From the IMG/VR virus record IMGVR_UViG_3300031834_001450, positions 19,335 through 83,334 of that record: DNA of 64,000 nt; one strand, 5' to 3'. Below the pieces are notes generated by a model. The model made no database searches. It saw only the letters and a program-made list of their open reading frames with translations, and was not told where the DNA came from. The translations under genes and the position numbers were made by a program. Below, in pieces: positions 29,673 through 39,767 of this stretch (its first letter is position 1; each line of letters opens with the position of its first letter). Origin of the DNA: a virus.

Positions 29673-32345
29673 TTAAACTATTATTTTAAAATTATTAGTA
29701 TTTCTTACATTTAATCTTTGTAAACATTCATTCCATTCTTCTTGATGTAAATCCCAATATTGTTTACCATATCCATATTTCCATATTTCACCATATTTAA
29801 TATCAGCCATTAGTTTCACTTGATTATTATCAATATTTTTATAATATGGTATTTCCATCCAATATTTAATAATTTTACAAACTTCTTCTATTTCATTTAA
29901 GTCTAGTTCAAATACAATCTCATCATGTACATTTATAAGTATTTTAGATTTTAGATTTTTTTCTTTAAATTCTTTCCAAATATTAATCATTGCAATAATA
30001 GTAGTTTGACCACTCGTTCCTTGTACTGGAGCATTTATTGCAGCATTTAATAAGTTACCAACATCAAAAGAAGATTGTTTTTTATTATAAAAACTATCTT
30101 TTCCAATATAAGTTAATTGAGGCAATCTTCTTTTTCTTCCTAATAGAGATTTCACCCATCCATATTTTTTAGCATGTTCACGATTATTTGTTATATATGT
30201 TGCTACTTCTGGATATGATTTATAAAATGCATCCAAAAATTTATTTCCTTCATCATTAGAAATATTAAACATATTTGCTATTCCATAATTTGTAGACCCA
30301 TATAGAGCACTAAAATTTAATGACTTGGATTTACCTCTCCATTCTACAAATTCTTTATCTTCTTGACCATCTATTTTAGTTTTTGAAAATACTTCTTCAT
30401 ATGTTGTTTTTTTATTTAATAATTCAAATAATTGTACGCAAGTATAACAATGCATATCTTTATTTTCAAGTATAAGAGATTCAAGAATACCAGGACCTGA
30501 TATTTGAGAAAATATACAAACTTCCATTGCATCATAATCTGCAAAAGCCATAACCATATTTTTTGACGGTAAAAATATTTTTCTAAATTCTTTTGTTTTT
30601 GGCATATTTTGCCAATTTATAGAAGACCCTAAACCACCTCCTCCTGACATTCTACCAGTTTCAGTTCCATGTAATTTATATCCACCATATAATCTATTAT
30701 TATATATAGAAGCTAAAAATCCTTTTTCATTTTCTTCAAGTTCATCTTCATTACCAAATAATGCGTCTCTAGTAGATTCTTTTTGTTGTAATGAATATCC
30801 AAATTGAGAAATTTCTTTTGTAATATGATTATATTCTGCAATTTTTTTCATGAATGGTAAATTAGATTCTTCTGCATATCTTTCTAGTGTTTCTTTATCA
30901 AGTGTTAAATCACCATTTTTATTTAAAAGTTCTTTGCCATCAGAATTTGTTAATACTTTAAAATTTTCTAAATTTCTTAAAACTTTACTTAATTCTTTAC
31001 CACTTTTTAAATTAAAAGTATATCCAGCAATTTTATATAATTCTTGTTCTGTTTCTAATGCTTGTATTTTTAATTGTTTTACATATTCATTTAAATATTT
31101 AATATCAATTTGAACACCAGTCATTTCTATATCTATAATCATTGGTATTGCTGGCATTATAAACTTATAAAAATTATCTTTTATAAATAAATCTTCTAAT
31201 TCTAATCGATTTTTAAAATATACATATAATTGATATGTTATTATACTATCATAACAAGCATATTCAAGTAATAATTGTTCTGGTAATTTTGTAAAATCAG
31301 TATTTTTATTCTGTTTAATATATTGTTTTAACTTAATATCATATCCACCTAATTGTGTATAAATCCAAGTTAATTGTTTTAATCCATTGGGGGTATTTTC
31401 ATTAAGAAGATGAGAAGCTAACATAGTATCAAAAGTACATTTTGCATTATATATTCCATTACTAATTAAAAACTTCAAATCAAATTGGGAATGATGCAAG
31501 CAAAAATCAATATCAGTTCTATTAAATAATTCAATTAATAAATTTTTATCTATTTGATCAAAATAACAAAAATATCCAGATCTACCATCAAAAGAAAATT
31601 GAATACTATACAATTTTCCTTCTATATAATTTAAATTAGAAGTTTCAATATCTATAGCAATTGCAATAATATCTTTATTTTTTATAAGTTCTTTAAGAAA
31701 AGAATTTGGATTTTTTTCTAAAAATAAATTATATTTTGAAATTCTTCTTTTATTTTCTACTATAGAAGATAAAATAAATTTAAATTGTTGAGTAATAAAT
31801 TTATATTCATAGACATCTTTTATAGTGTCACTTATCCATTGATATAAAGCAGGAATTGGAAATATTTTACAATTAAATTCTTGAGAATATAACCAACAAT
31901 CATCTTTTTGATATTCTTGTAATGAATTATTAACTGGAATAAAAAAATGTTCAGCTCGTAATCCTTTACTTTCTGTAATAGAATATAATGCTCTACCTGT
32001 AGTTATAATACATTTTGGATTATATTTTTCTATTATTTTTTTTATATTATATTCTTTACATTTTACGTAAGTATTTATTGTATCTTGTGAAGAAAACCCA
32101 ATAGGAGTACATCCAAGAGCTGGAATAATAGCATATTTTATATTTTTAAAATAATTTTCACATAATTTTAAAAAAGGATTTAATTTATCAAATGTTTCTT
32201 TAAATTCAAGCAATATTAAAACATCTATATTTTCTTGATTTATTGAATTTCCATAATGTTCATTATATGTATTTGTATAAATAGTACTTTTATTTGCAGC
32301 ACAACTACATTTTTGTATTTTCTTTTTTTGTAAAAAATCTTCCAT
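29673..32345 (-). CDS. polA: Family A DNA polymerase with N-terminal UDG-like domain and 3'-5' exonuclease
   Basis: Exo motifs IDIET, QFDLKFL, YACYD; polymerase motifs GTETGRMS, ADYDAME, KSLNFSALYG, NAPVQG, VHDEI; N-domain NPKCIITTG resembles family-4 UDG. Confidence 0.92.
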   Translation of the reverse strand: MEDFLQKKKIQKCSCAANKSTIYTNTYNEHYGNSINQENIDVLILLEFKETFDKLNPFLKLCENYFKNIKYAIIPALGCTPIGFSSQDTINTYVKCKEYNIKKIIEKYNPKCIITTGRALYSITESKGLRAEHFFIPVNNSLQEYQKDDCWLYSQEFNCKIFPIPALYQWISDTIKDVYEYKFITQQFKFILSSIVENKRRISKYNLFLEKNPNSFLKELIKNKDIIAIAIDIETSNLNYIEGKLYSIQFSFDGRSGYFCYFDQIDKNLLIELFNRTDIDFCLHHSQFDLKFLISNGIYNAKCTFDTMLASHLLNENTPNGLKQLTWIYTQLGGYDIKLKQYIKQNKNTDFTKLPEQLLLEYACYDSIITYQLYVYFKNRLELEDLFIKDNFYKFIMPAIPMIIDIEMTGVQIDIKYLNEYVKQLKIQALETEQELYKIAGYTFNLKSGKELSKVLRNLENFKVLTNSDGKELLNKNGDLTLDKETLERYAEESNLPFMKKIAEYNHITKEISQFGYSLQQKESTRDALFGNEDELEENEKGFLASIYNNRLYGGYKLHGTETGRMSGGGGLGSSINWQNMPKTKEFRKIFLPSKNMVMAFADYDAMEVCIFSQISGPGILESLILENKDMHCYTCVQLFELLNKKTTYEEVFSKTKIDGQEDKEFVEWRGKSKSLNFSALYGSTNYGIANMFNISNDEGNKFLDAFYKSYPEVATYITNNREHAKKYGWVKSLLGRKRRLPQLTYIGKDSFYNKKQSSFDVGNLLNAAINAPVQGTSGQTTIIAMINIWKEFKEKNLKSKILINVHDEIVFELDLNEIEEVCKIIKYWMEIPYYKNIDNNQVKLMADIKYGEIWKYGYGKQYWDLHQEEWNECLQRLNVRNTNNFKIIV

Positions 32346-32390
32346 TTATTTTTTCCTTATTTTGATAATATATAAACTAATTATAAAAAT

Positions 32391-32831
32391 TTAAATTTTT
32401 TCTACTTCAATCCCTCTATTTTTTAAAAAATCTATTCCAGAAGAATCTCTATATTCTTCTCTATAAAAAACTTTTTTAATACCAGCAGATAGAATTTGTA
32501 AACTACAATTAAAACATGGAGATAATGTTATATAGATTGTTGATCCATTAGGAGAAATACCCTGTTTTACTGCTTTATGTATGGCATTAAGTTCTGAATG
32601 CATTACTTCTTTTCTAGTAACTAATTCTCCCAGTTCATTAATATATTCACATTCATTGTCCATTCCCATGGGCATACCATTATATCCATATGCTATAATA
32701 TTATGATCTTTAACAATAACGCATCCAACCTTATTACGAGTTGCATAAGACATCTGAGATGTATTAACTGCAATAGACATATATAATTGATCATATTGTT
32801 TTATTCGTTCCTTATTCATTATAACTCTCAA
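32391..32831 (-). CDS. dCMP deaminase
   Basis: KVGCVIV, GYNG, HSELNAI and SPCFNC. Confidence 0.92.
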   Translation of the reverse strand: MRVIMNKERIKQYDQLYMSIAVNTSQMSYATRNKVGCVIVKDHNIIAYGYNGMPMGMDNECEYINELGELVTRKEVMHSELNAIHKAVKQGISPNGSTIYITLSPCFNCSLQILSAGIKKVFYREEYRDSSGIDFLKNRGIEVEKI

Positions 32832-33531
32832 CTATTTTTTGTAATAAATCAAAATGTCTATCATATATATGAAAAGATCCAAAAAAGAAATTAATAATTC
32901 CCATTTGTAAAGTTGGATATATTTCTTTTAATTCTAAATATAATTTATTATAAACATAACAATGCCAATAAAAATCATTAAAAAAGCCATAAATTCCATC
33001 GCAACTTCTTTGATCTACAAAATATATCAATGAATTATTTCTAATAAAACATTGAACACTATTGGTACATACAAAATCTGACATTCCATTTCTATTATAA
33101 TCTATATGCATAGATGGTCTTGTATATAACATTAATGCTCTTCTTGATAGAGGATTAAATATTAATTCTTGTTTACAATTATTAAATTGATTATAATTCT
33201 CTTCAGAAAAAATTAAATAACCATAATTAGAATTTATTTCTTTTTTTTCATCTTTAGTACAAACATCGTTCCATATTTTAATATCATCAACATAATCAAT
33301 AATAGATAATGATTCTGAAAGATACCAATTTAATTCTTTTTCTACATATTGAATAGAAGTTTTTTTAATTTCATTAAAATTTAAAATTGATTGTACTGGA
33401 TTTAATCCTTCTATTTTACATCCAATAATTTCAACAACTTTAATACCAGTTTTATCTATTACAAACTTTTTATTTTGTATATCACTATATAATTTTTTAA
33501 AACTCGGTAACAATATTTGTTCATTAGTCAT
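32812..33531 (-). CDS. dCMP hydroxymethylase (T4 gp42-like)
   Basis: Closely tracks T4 gp42 as I recall it: DKTG.K..EIIG, EL.WY, EINSNYG, SRR..M.YTRPSM..DYN..GMSDF.CTN.VQ, RS.D...GF.ND, GS.H.Y.RHF. Catalytic Cys and the dCMP-specifying Asp are retained. Confidence 0.9.
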   Translation of the reverse strand: MTNEQILLPSFKKLYSDIQNKKFVIDKTGIKVVEIIGCKIEGLNPVQSILNFNEIKKTSIQYVEKELNWYLSESLSIIDYVDDIKIWNDVCTKDEKKEINSNYGYLIFSEENYNQFNNCKQELIFNPLSRRALMLYTRPSMHIDYNRNGMSDFVCTNSVQCFIRNNSLIYFVDQRSCDGIYGFFNDFYWHCYVYNKLYLELKEIYPTLQMGIINFFFGSFHIYDRHFDLLQKIVESYNE

Positions 33532-34736
33532 TTTAATAATCCTTCAATATCTTTAATTACATTATTTGAAATTTCTTCAAAAGCTCCTTGATTATTTCTA
33601 ATTTTAATTTCTTTAAATTCATTTGTATTAATATAATCTAAAGAATCTAGTGCATAATTTAATTTTTGTACTATGCTATCAACTATAGGTGAATCACCAT
33701 CATGATCGATATAATAAGGATACTTTTTACCACCTCTTCTAGCATATTCAAAAACCATAGGCATTATAGTAATATTATTACAATAAAGAGACTCCACTTG
33801 ACTACACCCCCCCATTCTCTCAAGAATAAATCCATGAAAGCTAATATCTGCTTTCCATAATAATTCAAAGTATTCTTGTCTATTAAGAGATCCTTCTTTA
33901 TAAATATAGAGAGGTTTAACTAATTCTTTTAATTCATCTATGGAATATTTTCCAGATGGATTTGTAAATATAACTTGAAAATCTTTTCTTTTTTCATAAA
34001 GTTTATTTACTGCTTCAATAAATTCTATGTGATGAGTATAGTTTATACCACTTAATCTATTGAGAAATAATATAGTTTTCTTTTCAAATTTTTCTTCTAA
34101 TTTATAAGTATCAGCCTCTTTTTTAGAAAATCCAAAATCCCAAATAAAACTTTTCTTTTTAATTTGATTTATTTTATTTGATTTAAAAACTAATTTAGCA
34201 TTATTAAAAAAAGCTTCTTTTGTTGATTTACAAGTAAAAATACAAAGATCAGAACATTCATATCCATCAAATTGTCTATATTGATAACTTATTTCAGTAG
34301 CCACTTTTGCTTCATTAATTTCAGGAGTATCCATCCAATAACAACAAGAAATTAACTTTGTTTCTTTTGATTTTTGAAATAAATATGTTTTTATATTTCT
34401 AGAAAGTTCTATAATATTATTCCATACAATATCAATCTTTGGAAGTTCTTTAAAAATAGAATCAAATTCAATAATATTAAAATGTTGTCGTATTGTAAAT
34501 GCATCAATAGGATAAGTATAGGGAATAAAAATAACATTTTTGTGTTTAAAGATATTATCATAAGATTTTATGTCAGCAAAATCTTTAAGTGGTGCAATAA
34601 GAATATAAACTGTCCAATTTATCTTTTCAACAATTTCAGTTAAAATCCCAACTAGCATATTAATGTTACTATCAGCGCTAATCCATTTATTTTCATTATT
34701 ATAAATACTTTGTTGCAAAATATATAAAATATTCAT
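33528..34736 (-). CDS. GT-B glycosyltransferase, candidate DNA hmC glycosyltransferase
   Basis: ILFLNRLS, LNRQEYFELLWKADI and ERMGGCSQVES (GT4-like E..E motif); translationally coupled to the hydroxymethylase. Confidence 0.75.
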   Translation of the reverse strand: MNILYILQQSIYNNENKWISADSNINMLVGILTEIVEKINWTVYILIAPLKDFADIKSYDNIFKHKNVIFIPYTYPIDAFTIRQHFNIIEFDSIFKELPKIDIVWNNIIELSRNIKTYLFQKSKETKLISCCYWMDTPEINEAKVATEISYQYRQFDGYECSDLCIFTCKSTKEAFFNNAKLVFKSNKINQIKKKSFIWDFGFSKKEADTYKLEEKFEKKTILFLNRLSGINYTHHIEFIEAVNKLYEKRKDFQVIFTNPSGKYSIDELKELVKPLYIYKEGSLNRQEYFELLWKADISFHGFILERMGGCSQVESLYCNNITIMPMVFEYARRGGKKYPYYIDHDGDSPIVDSIVQKLNYALDSLDYINTNEFKEIKIRNNQGAFEEISNNVIKDIEGLLK

Positions 34737-35419
34737 TTATTATCTCCTATTATATTTTTTAAATGCGCTTCACTTCTATTTCTTAATTTAATTTTATGTT
34801 TTCTAAGTATTTTGCTAATAGGCCCACCATAGACATTATATCTTTTTCCTATTGTATAAGGTGATTCTTTTAAATTTAAATATGAAAAAATTATTTCTTT
34901 TTCTTGCTCATCTGTAAAAAATTTACCACTAGCTTCTTGTAAATTTCTTTTATGCACATTATTTTCTTTTAATATTCTTTCAATAACCGCACCACTAACA
35001 TTAAATATTTTTCCTATATTTTTTAAAGATATTTTGTCATTATACATATTTAAAATAGATATAGTTTGTGATTGAGAAAATTGAATTTTACTTCTTCCAG
35101 GACAATCTGTATTATCTGGATCCTGTTTATTATACCCAAATTCACTATTTTTTGTTTTATAAAAGTCTATATAATATTTTTCCTTTTGTCTAAGAGTATC
35201 TTCATTATATTCTGATAGTAATTCGATAATATAAAAATTAAAATTTTCTTTGCCGTATTTTAATAATGAAAATCTTAAATGTTTATTTATGGCCTCATTT
35301 TTTAAAAATAATTGCATATGATCTTTTAACCTTGACTGAACATATTTAGAACTTCCAATATATTTTTTGTTATTTATTTTATTTTCAATACAATATATTC
35401 CAGGTTGTACAAATAGCAT
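34733..35419 (-). CDS. GIY-YIG endonuclease with C-terminal HTH repeats
   Basis: GIYCIENKINNKKYIGSS, R...H, E..YI and GYN. Confidence 0.9.
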   Translation of the reverse strand: MLFVQPGIYCIENKINNKKYIGSSKYVQSRLKDHMQLFLKNEAINKHLRFSLLKYGKENFNFYIIELLSEYNEDTLRQKEKYYIDFYKTKNSEFGYNKQDPDNTDCPGRSKIQFSQSQTISILNMYNDKISLKNIGKIFNVSGAVIERILKENNVHKRNLQEASGKFFTDEQEKEIIFSYLNLKESPYTIGKRYNVYGGPISKILRKHKIKLRNRSEAHLKNIIGDNK

Positions 35420-35920
35420 TTATTCTCCTATGAATTCTTTTATTTTTAATATTTGATTTTCTAAATTTTCATCTGTAGTATCTAATATAAGATATTCACA
35501 TTTTGTTTTTTTAAGAAATTCAATATAATATTGTTTTATTAATTTTATTTTATTTTGATTAATAACATCATCAATATATATTTTATATTCTTTTTTAAAA
35601 CAATAAATAAGTTTTAATTTCAACTTAGAAAACTCTTCATCTATTTGCCATATAAAATTTTCATTAAATTGTCTATCTAATGCTAAGGAATATGAAAAAT
35701 GACAAGCAATTCCACGATCCATAATTAAATTAGTTGGAACTTGTTTTAAATAATCTATAAAAAATCTACTTTCATATTCTACTGAAAGATCAATTTCATT
35801 ATTTTTAAAATATTCTTTTGTATTATTATTTCTATAATATGAAATATTTAATAACTTAGATATTATTTGAGCAATTGTTGTTTTTGCTGTTCTATCAGGA
35901 CCAATAAATTGAATCAACAT
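35420..35920 (-). CDS. dNMP kinase (thymidylate-kinase fold)
   Basis: GPDRTAKTT P-loop and MDRG motif. Confidence 0.8.
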   Translation of the reverse strand: MLIQFIGPDRTAKTTIAQIISKLLNISYYRNNNTKEYFKNNEIDLSVEYESRFFIDYLKQVPTNLIMDRGIACHFSYSLALDRQFNENFIWQIDEEFSKLKLKLIYCFKKEYKIYIDDVINQNKIKLIKQYYIEFLKKTKCEYLILDTTDENLENQILKIKEFIGE

Positions 35921-35931
35921 TAAATTTTTCC

Positions 35932-36621
35932 TTATATTTTTTCTAAAAAATAAATCACATCTCTACTTAATTTATAATTATTCCAAGCAAATAAAACTCG
36001 TTGAATTTCAATTGGTAAAATAGTAAACTCTTCTATTGCACAATTATTTAAATAATTATCATTTGACATACTCCATCCATGTACATCTAATATTTTGAGT
36101 CCACTTTGATTAAAACAATCTTCAAGTTCTTTATAAGTATATTCATAATTATGATATTTTGGCCAATTTACAATATTTGATATTTGATTTGGTGTACTTA
36201 TAATTAAATATTTAAAAGGTAAATTACAAATTTTATTAAAAATTTCTATTCCTTTTTCTTTTGAATTAAAATGTTCAATTACATCTAATAATAATAAACA
36301 ATCAATTTTATTTTTTAAAATAATTTCTTGAATAGTTAAAAATACATTTTCTGTTTTATAAAAAATTCCATTACTACAAAGATTATCATATATAATTGAA
36401 TCTCTATAATCAATACCAAAATAAGAAATAATTTTATTTGATTCAATTAATAATTTATTAATATATGCTGTATCACAACCCACATCAATAATTGATTCAA
36501 TATTATTTTTAATAATAAATTCTCTAACAGATTGATCTTTAAATAATTTACTTATATATCCAGGATCAAGATCTATTTTAGATAATTGTTGTCTTAATGA
36601 TGACATATCAACAATAGTCAT
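35932..36621 (-). CDS. Class I SAM-dependent methyltransferase
   Basis: IIDVGC, GID, LDVIEH, IISTPN and H..EY..EL. Confidence 0.85.
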   Translation of the reverse strand: MTIVDMSSLRQQLSKIDLDPGYISKLFKDQSVREFIIKNNIESIIDVGCDTAYINKLLIESNKIISYFGIDYRDSIIYDNLCSNGIFYKTENVFLTIQEIILKNKIDCLLLLDVIEHFNSKEKGIEIFNKICNLPFKYLIISTPNQISNIVNWPKYHNYEYTYKELEDCFNQSGLKILDVHGWSMSNDNYLNNCAIEEFTILPIEIQRVLFAWNNYKLSRDVIYFLEKI

Positions 36622-37658
36622 ATTTTTTCTAAATTTACCATTTCAATTACCCATGGTATAATTTCATCTAATGCTTTATTTAATGAAGTTTCTGCTTTAA
36701 ATCCTAATAACTTTTCTGCTTTATCAATAGAAGGAATTCGGCATTGTACATCATATTCATACGGGTTATCTGAAATATAATTAAACTCTACATTAGAATT
36801 TAATCTATCCCAAATAATTTTTGCAAGTTCTAATACAGTATAACTTTCAGGGGTACTTAAATTAAAATCAGTATTTAATGCATTTTCATTAAAAATGGCT
36901 TGATAAATCCCTTCTGCTAAATCTCCTGCATATGTATAATGGCGTATTTGATTTCCTTTTCCAAGAATATGAAGCGGGTTTTGACCTTTAATTATTTTTT
37001 GTATAAGATCAGGTATTACATGGCTAAGAGCTAATTTAATATTACCAGACATAACTACTGTTTCTGTCATAGCTGCTTGTTCCCCAATTCCAGCTGCATT
37101 AAATGGTCTTACAATAGTATATGGAAGTTTATATTGTTCATATGCACCTTTAACAAAATATTCAATTGCAAGTTTTTGAAATCCATATGTTGATAATGGA
37201 GGTGGGCAAATCAATTGATCTCCTTCTTTTGAAGGAAAAGTTTCTGTTGATTCAAAAACCATACTTGAAGATATTGCAATTATTTTTTTAAGAAATCCTT
37301 CTTTATGCGCTTTAATTGCAATATCAAAAATAGATGCGGTAAGTCTTTCATTTTCAGCAAGTAAATCATAAGCCAATTCATGAAAGAAACTTATACCACC
37401 AATCCACGCAGCTCCATGCACAATATAATCTATTTTATTAGAAAAAATTATATTTTCTAAAATATCTTTATTTTTTGCATCACCATAAAAATGAAAATAA
37501 TTTGGATGTTTATCAAAACTTTTTTCTAATGGACCATATTTCCAATCATTATCTACTCCATAAACAATATGACCTTCATTTAATAATTTTTGTATTGAAT
37601 ATCCTGCAATAAAACCTCGATCACCAGTCCAAAATATTTTAGCCATTAATTTCTCCAA
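36618..37658 (-). CDS. NAD-dependent nucleotide-sugar epimerase/dehydratase/decarboxylase (extended SDR)
   Basis: TGDRGFIA, SSSMV, YGFQK (YxxxK), VRPFN and G.G.Q.R.YTY. Confidence 0.92.
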   Translation of the reverse strand: MEKLMAKIFWTGDRGFIAGYSIQKLLNEGHIVYGVDNDWKYGPLEKSFDKHPNYFHFYGDAKNKDILENIIFSNKIDYIVHGAAWIGGISFFHELAYDLLAENERLTASIFDIAIKAHKEGFLKKIIAISSSMVFESTETFPSKEGDQLICPPPLSTYGFQKLAIEYFVKGAYEQYKLPYTIVRPFNAAGIGEQAAMTETVVMSGNIKLALSHVIPDLIQKIIKGQNPLHILGKGNQIRHYTYAGDLAEGIYQAIFNENALNTDFNLSTPESYTVLELAKIIWDRLNSNVEFNYISDNPYEYDVQCRIPSIDKAEKLLGFKAETSLNKALDEIIPWVIEMVNLEKI

Positions 37659-38878
37659 TTATTATATAAATTTTCTTTTAATATATTCCATCCATCAATT
37701 ACTATTTTATCATTAAATTCTTCTTTAGTAAAAGTAAGATATTCTTTATGATTTATTGCTATAATAATAATATCACATTGTTTAACTTCTTCTATTGAAT
37801 AATTTATAAAAATCATATTATTATATTTATCATTATATTCTCCTAACGGAAGATTAGGTTCATTTATTTTAATTTGTTCTGGTAAATTACGTTCTAAATA
37901 TCTAATTAATTTAGGTGTTAAATTATCTCTAGTATCATCAGTATTACTTTTAAATGTAAATCCAAAAATTCCAATAGTTTTATTTTTAATATCATTTTGA
38001 ATTAAATCAACATAAAATTTTGGTGTAAATTCATTAATTTTGTAAGCTTGTAATATTAAATCTGTTTGTGGAAAATTTTCATTAATCATTCCCCAATCTT
38101 TCGTTAAACATGTGCCTTTTGCAAAACCAGGAGTCAATAATCCTTTATTTCTATCATATCCAGGATTCATTAAAGAAAATAATTTATATATATCAACTCC
38201 AAATGATTGTGACATATATGAAAAATAATTAGGAATTGCCATATTTATGTAACGATAAATATTTGTAAATAATTTACTTAATTCAGCTTCAATAAAAGTT
38301 GATTTAAAGATTTGAATTCCTAAAATAGAAAAAATATTTTTTGCAAGATCAAAACTAATATCATCTTTTACTCCAATAACTTGAGGTAATTCTAATAATT
38401 CTTTATATGCTTCGCCTTCAACTATTCTTTCAGGACACATTGCTAAATAAAAATCTTTACCAAGAATATAGTTTGTTTTATTTTCAATAATATTTTTGAT
38501 ATACTCAGTTGTATTAGGTGCAACTGTTGATCTAAGAATAATTAATTTATTTTTAATATCTATTTTAGAAATTAAATCATTAATTACGAATGTTACTTGA
38601 GATAAATCTGTTTCAATATGTTCTCCTAGTGGAGTTCCAACAGTTAGTATATATGCTTTTGCATCAGGGTAATTTTCATATTTTGAATTATAAATTGTAA
38701 AAGTTTCTTTAACTAATTCATCATATCCTGGTTCATAAAATGGCATTTTATTATTTTTAATACCCTCTATCATTTCATCATTAATATCTACACCACAAAC
38801 ATTTAACTTTTTTTCTCGTAAAGATAATGCCAATGGAAGACCAACTCTTCCACATCCTATTACACAAATATCATACAT
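37646..38878 (-). CDS. UDP-sugar 6-dehydrogenase (WecC/WbpA-type)
   Basis: VIGCGRVGLP, VGTP, RSTVAP.TT, CPER, AEL.KL..N, G.CL.KD and FK.NTDD.R. Confidence 0.92.
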   Translation of the reverse strand: MYDICVIGCGRVGLPLALSLREKKLNVCGVDINDEMIEGIKNNKMPFYEPGYDELVKETFTIYNSKYENYPDAKAYILTVGTPLGEHIETDLSQVTFVINDLISKIDIKNKLIILRSTVAPNTTEYIKNIIENKTNYILGKDFYLAMCPERIVEGEAYKELLELPQVIGVKDDISFDLAKNIFSILGIQIFKSTFIEAELSKLFTNIYRYINMAIPNYFSYMSQSFGVDIYKLFSLMNPGYDRNKGLLTPGFAKGTCLTKDWGMINENFPQTDLILQAYKINEFTPKFYVDLIQNDIKNKTIGIFGFTFKSNTDDTRDNLTPKLIRYLERNLPEQIKINEPNLPLGEYNDKYNNMIFINYSIEEVKQCDIIIIAINHKEYLTFTKEEFNDKIVIDGWNILKENLYNNWRN

Positions 38879-38900
38879 ATATTAACTCCATTTTTATTTT

Positions 38901-39395
38901 CTATTTTATTCCCGTACTTCCAAAACCACCACTTCCTCTTGAAGATTCTTTATCTATATAAAGTTCTGAAAATTCTACTTCATATGGTAAAAGATAAGAA
39001 ATAGGAATTAGTATAAATTGAATTATTTTTTCATTTTGTTCTATAACCACTATTTCATTAGAAGAATTAATAAGAGAAATATGTATTTCACCTAAATAAT
39101 CTTCATCTATAGTTTCTGCTGCTTTTATTAAACCTCTTCTTGAACTTATTCCAGATTTATTAAATGCGTTTAACATAAATCCATCTGGTATATTTGCATG
39201 AATACCTGATGGAATTAAACATCTTTCATTTGGATTTAGGATAATTGCTGTATTATTTATTTGAATATTTGAATTTTTTAATTTAAAATCTAATAAAAAT
39301 TGTGAATCAAATACAGGAATAAAAAAATCTATTCCAGCAGATTTTGGAGTTGATCTAATTGGACTTTTTACCTCTCTAATTTTCGAAAATTTCAT
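38901..39395 (-). CDS. dut: Trimeric dUTPase (variant motifs)
   Basis: SAGIDF, NKSG, IDEDY.GEI, Q and RGSGGFGSTG. Confidence 0.9.
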   Translation of the reverse strand: MKFSKIREVKSPIRSTPKSAGIDFFIPVFDSQFLLDFKLKNSNIQINNTAIILNPNERCLIPSGIHANIPDGFMLNAFNKSGISSRRGLIKAAETIDEDYLGEIHISLINSSNEIVVIEQNEKIIQFILIPISYLLPYEVEFSELYIDKESSRGSGGFGSTGIK

Positions 39396-39423
39396 TAACT
39401 ATATTCTCCTTATTATTAATTCT

Positions 39424-39717
39424 TTATTTTATTAAAAATCTTATTTGATCAGAATCCCCTTTAGAAGAAATTTTCATAAATGATAAAAATTCAGCAGGTA
39501 GAGACTTATAAGTTTGAGAATAATATCCACTAAGTGTTTTATTACCAATACTATGCCAAATTCCTACACCTTCTTGTATAAATTCTTTTAAACTCTTAGT
39601 TGATTCATATTCAGTATATTCTTTTGAAATAAGGTAAGTACTCAGCATAAAATAAAATTTTAAACTATTTATTATTTCATATCTTGAAGAATCTTCATTA
39701 TTATTCAAAATTACCAC
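39424..39717 (-). CDS. Hypothetical protein
   Basis: ORF downstream of a promoter-like motif. Confidence 0.45.
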   Translation of the reverse strand: MVILNNNEDSSRYEIINSLKFYFMLSTYLISKEYTEYESTKSLKEFIQEGVGIWHSIGNKTLSGYYSQTYKSLPAEFLSFMKISSKGDSDQIRFLIK

Positions 39718-39767
39718 CTTTTTAATATATTTTTATATATATAAAATTTTTATAAAAAATTAAACTT

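Noticed and set aside
36618-38878. Sugar genes as a host LPS/capsule island
   Set aside because: No flippase, polymerase or other surface-glycan genes; they are interleaved with the dNMP kinase and hydroxymethylase in a phage operon. Virion-protein glycosylation is not fully excluded.
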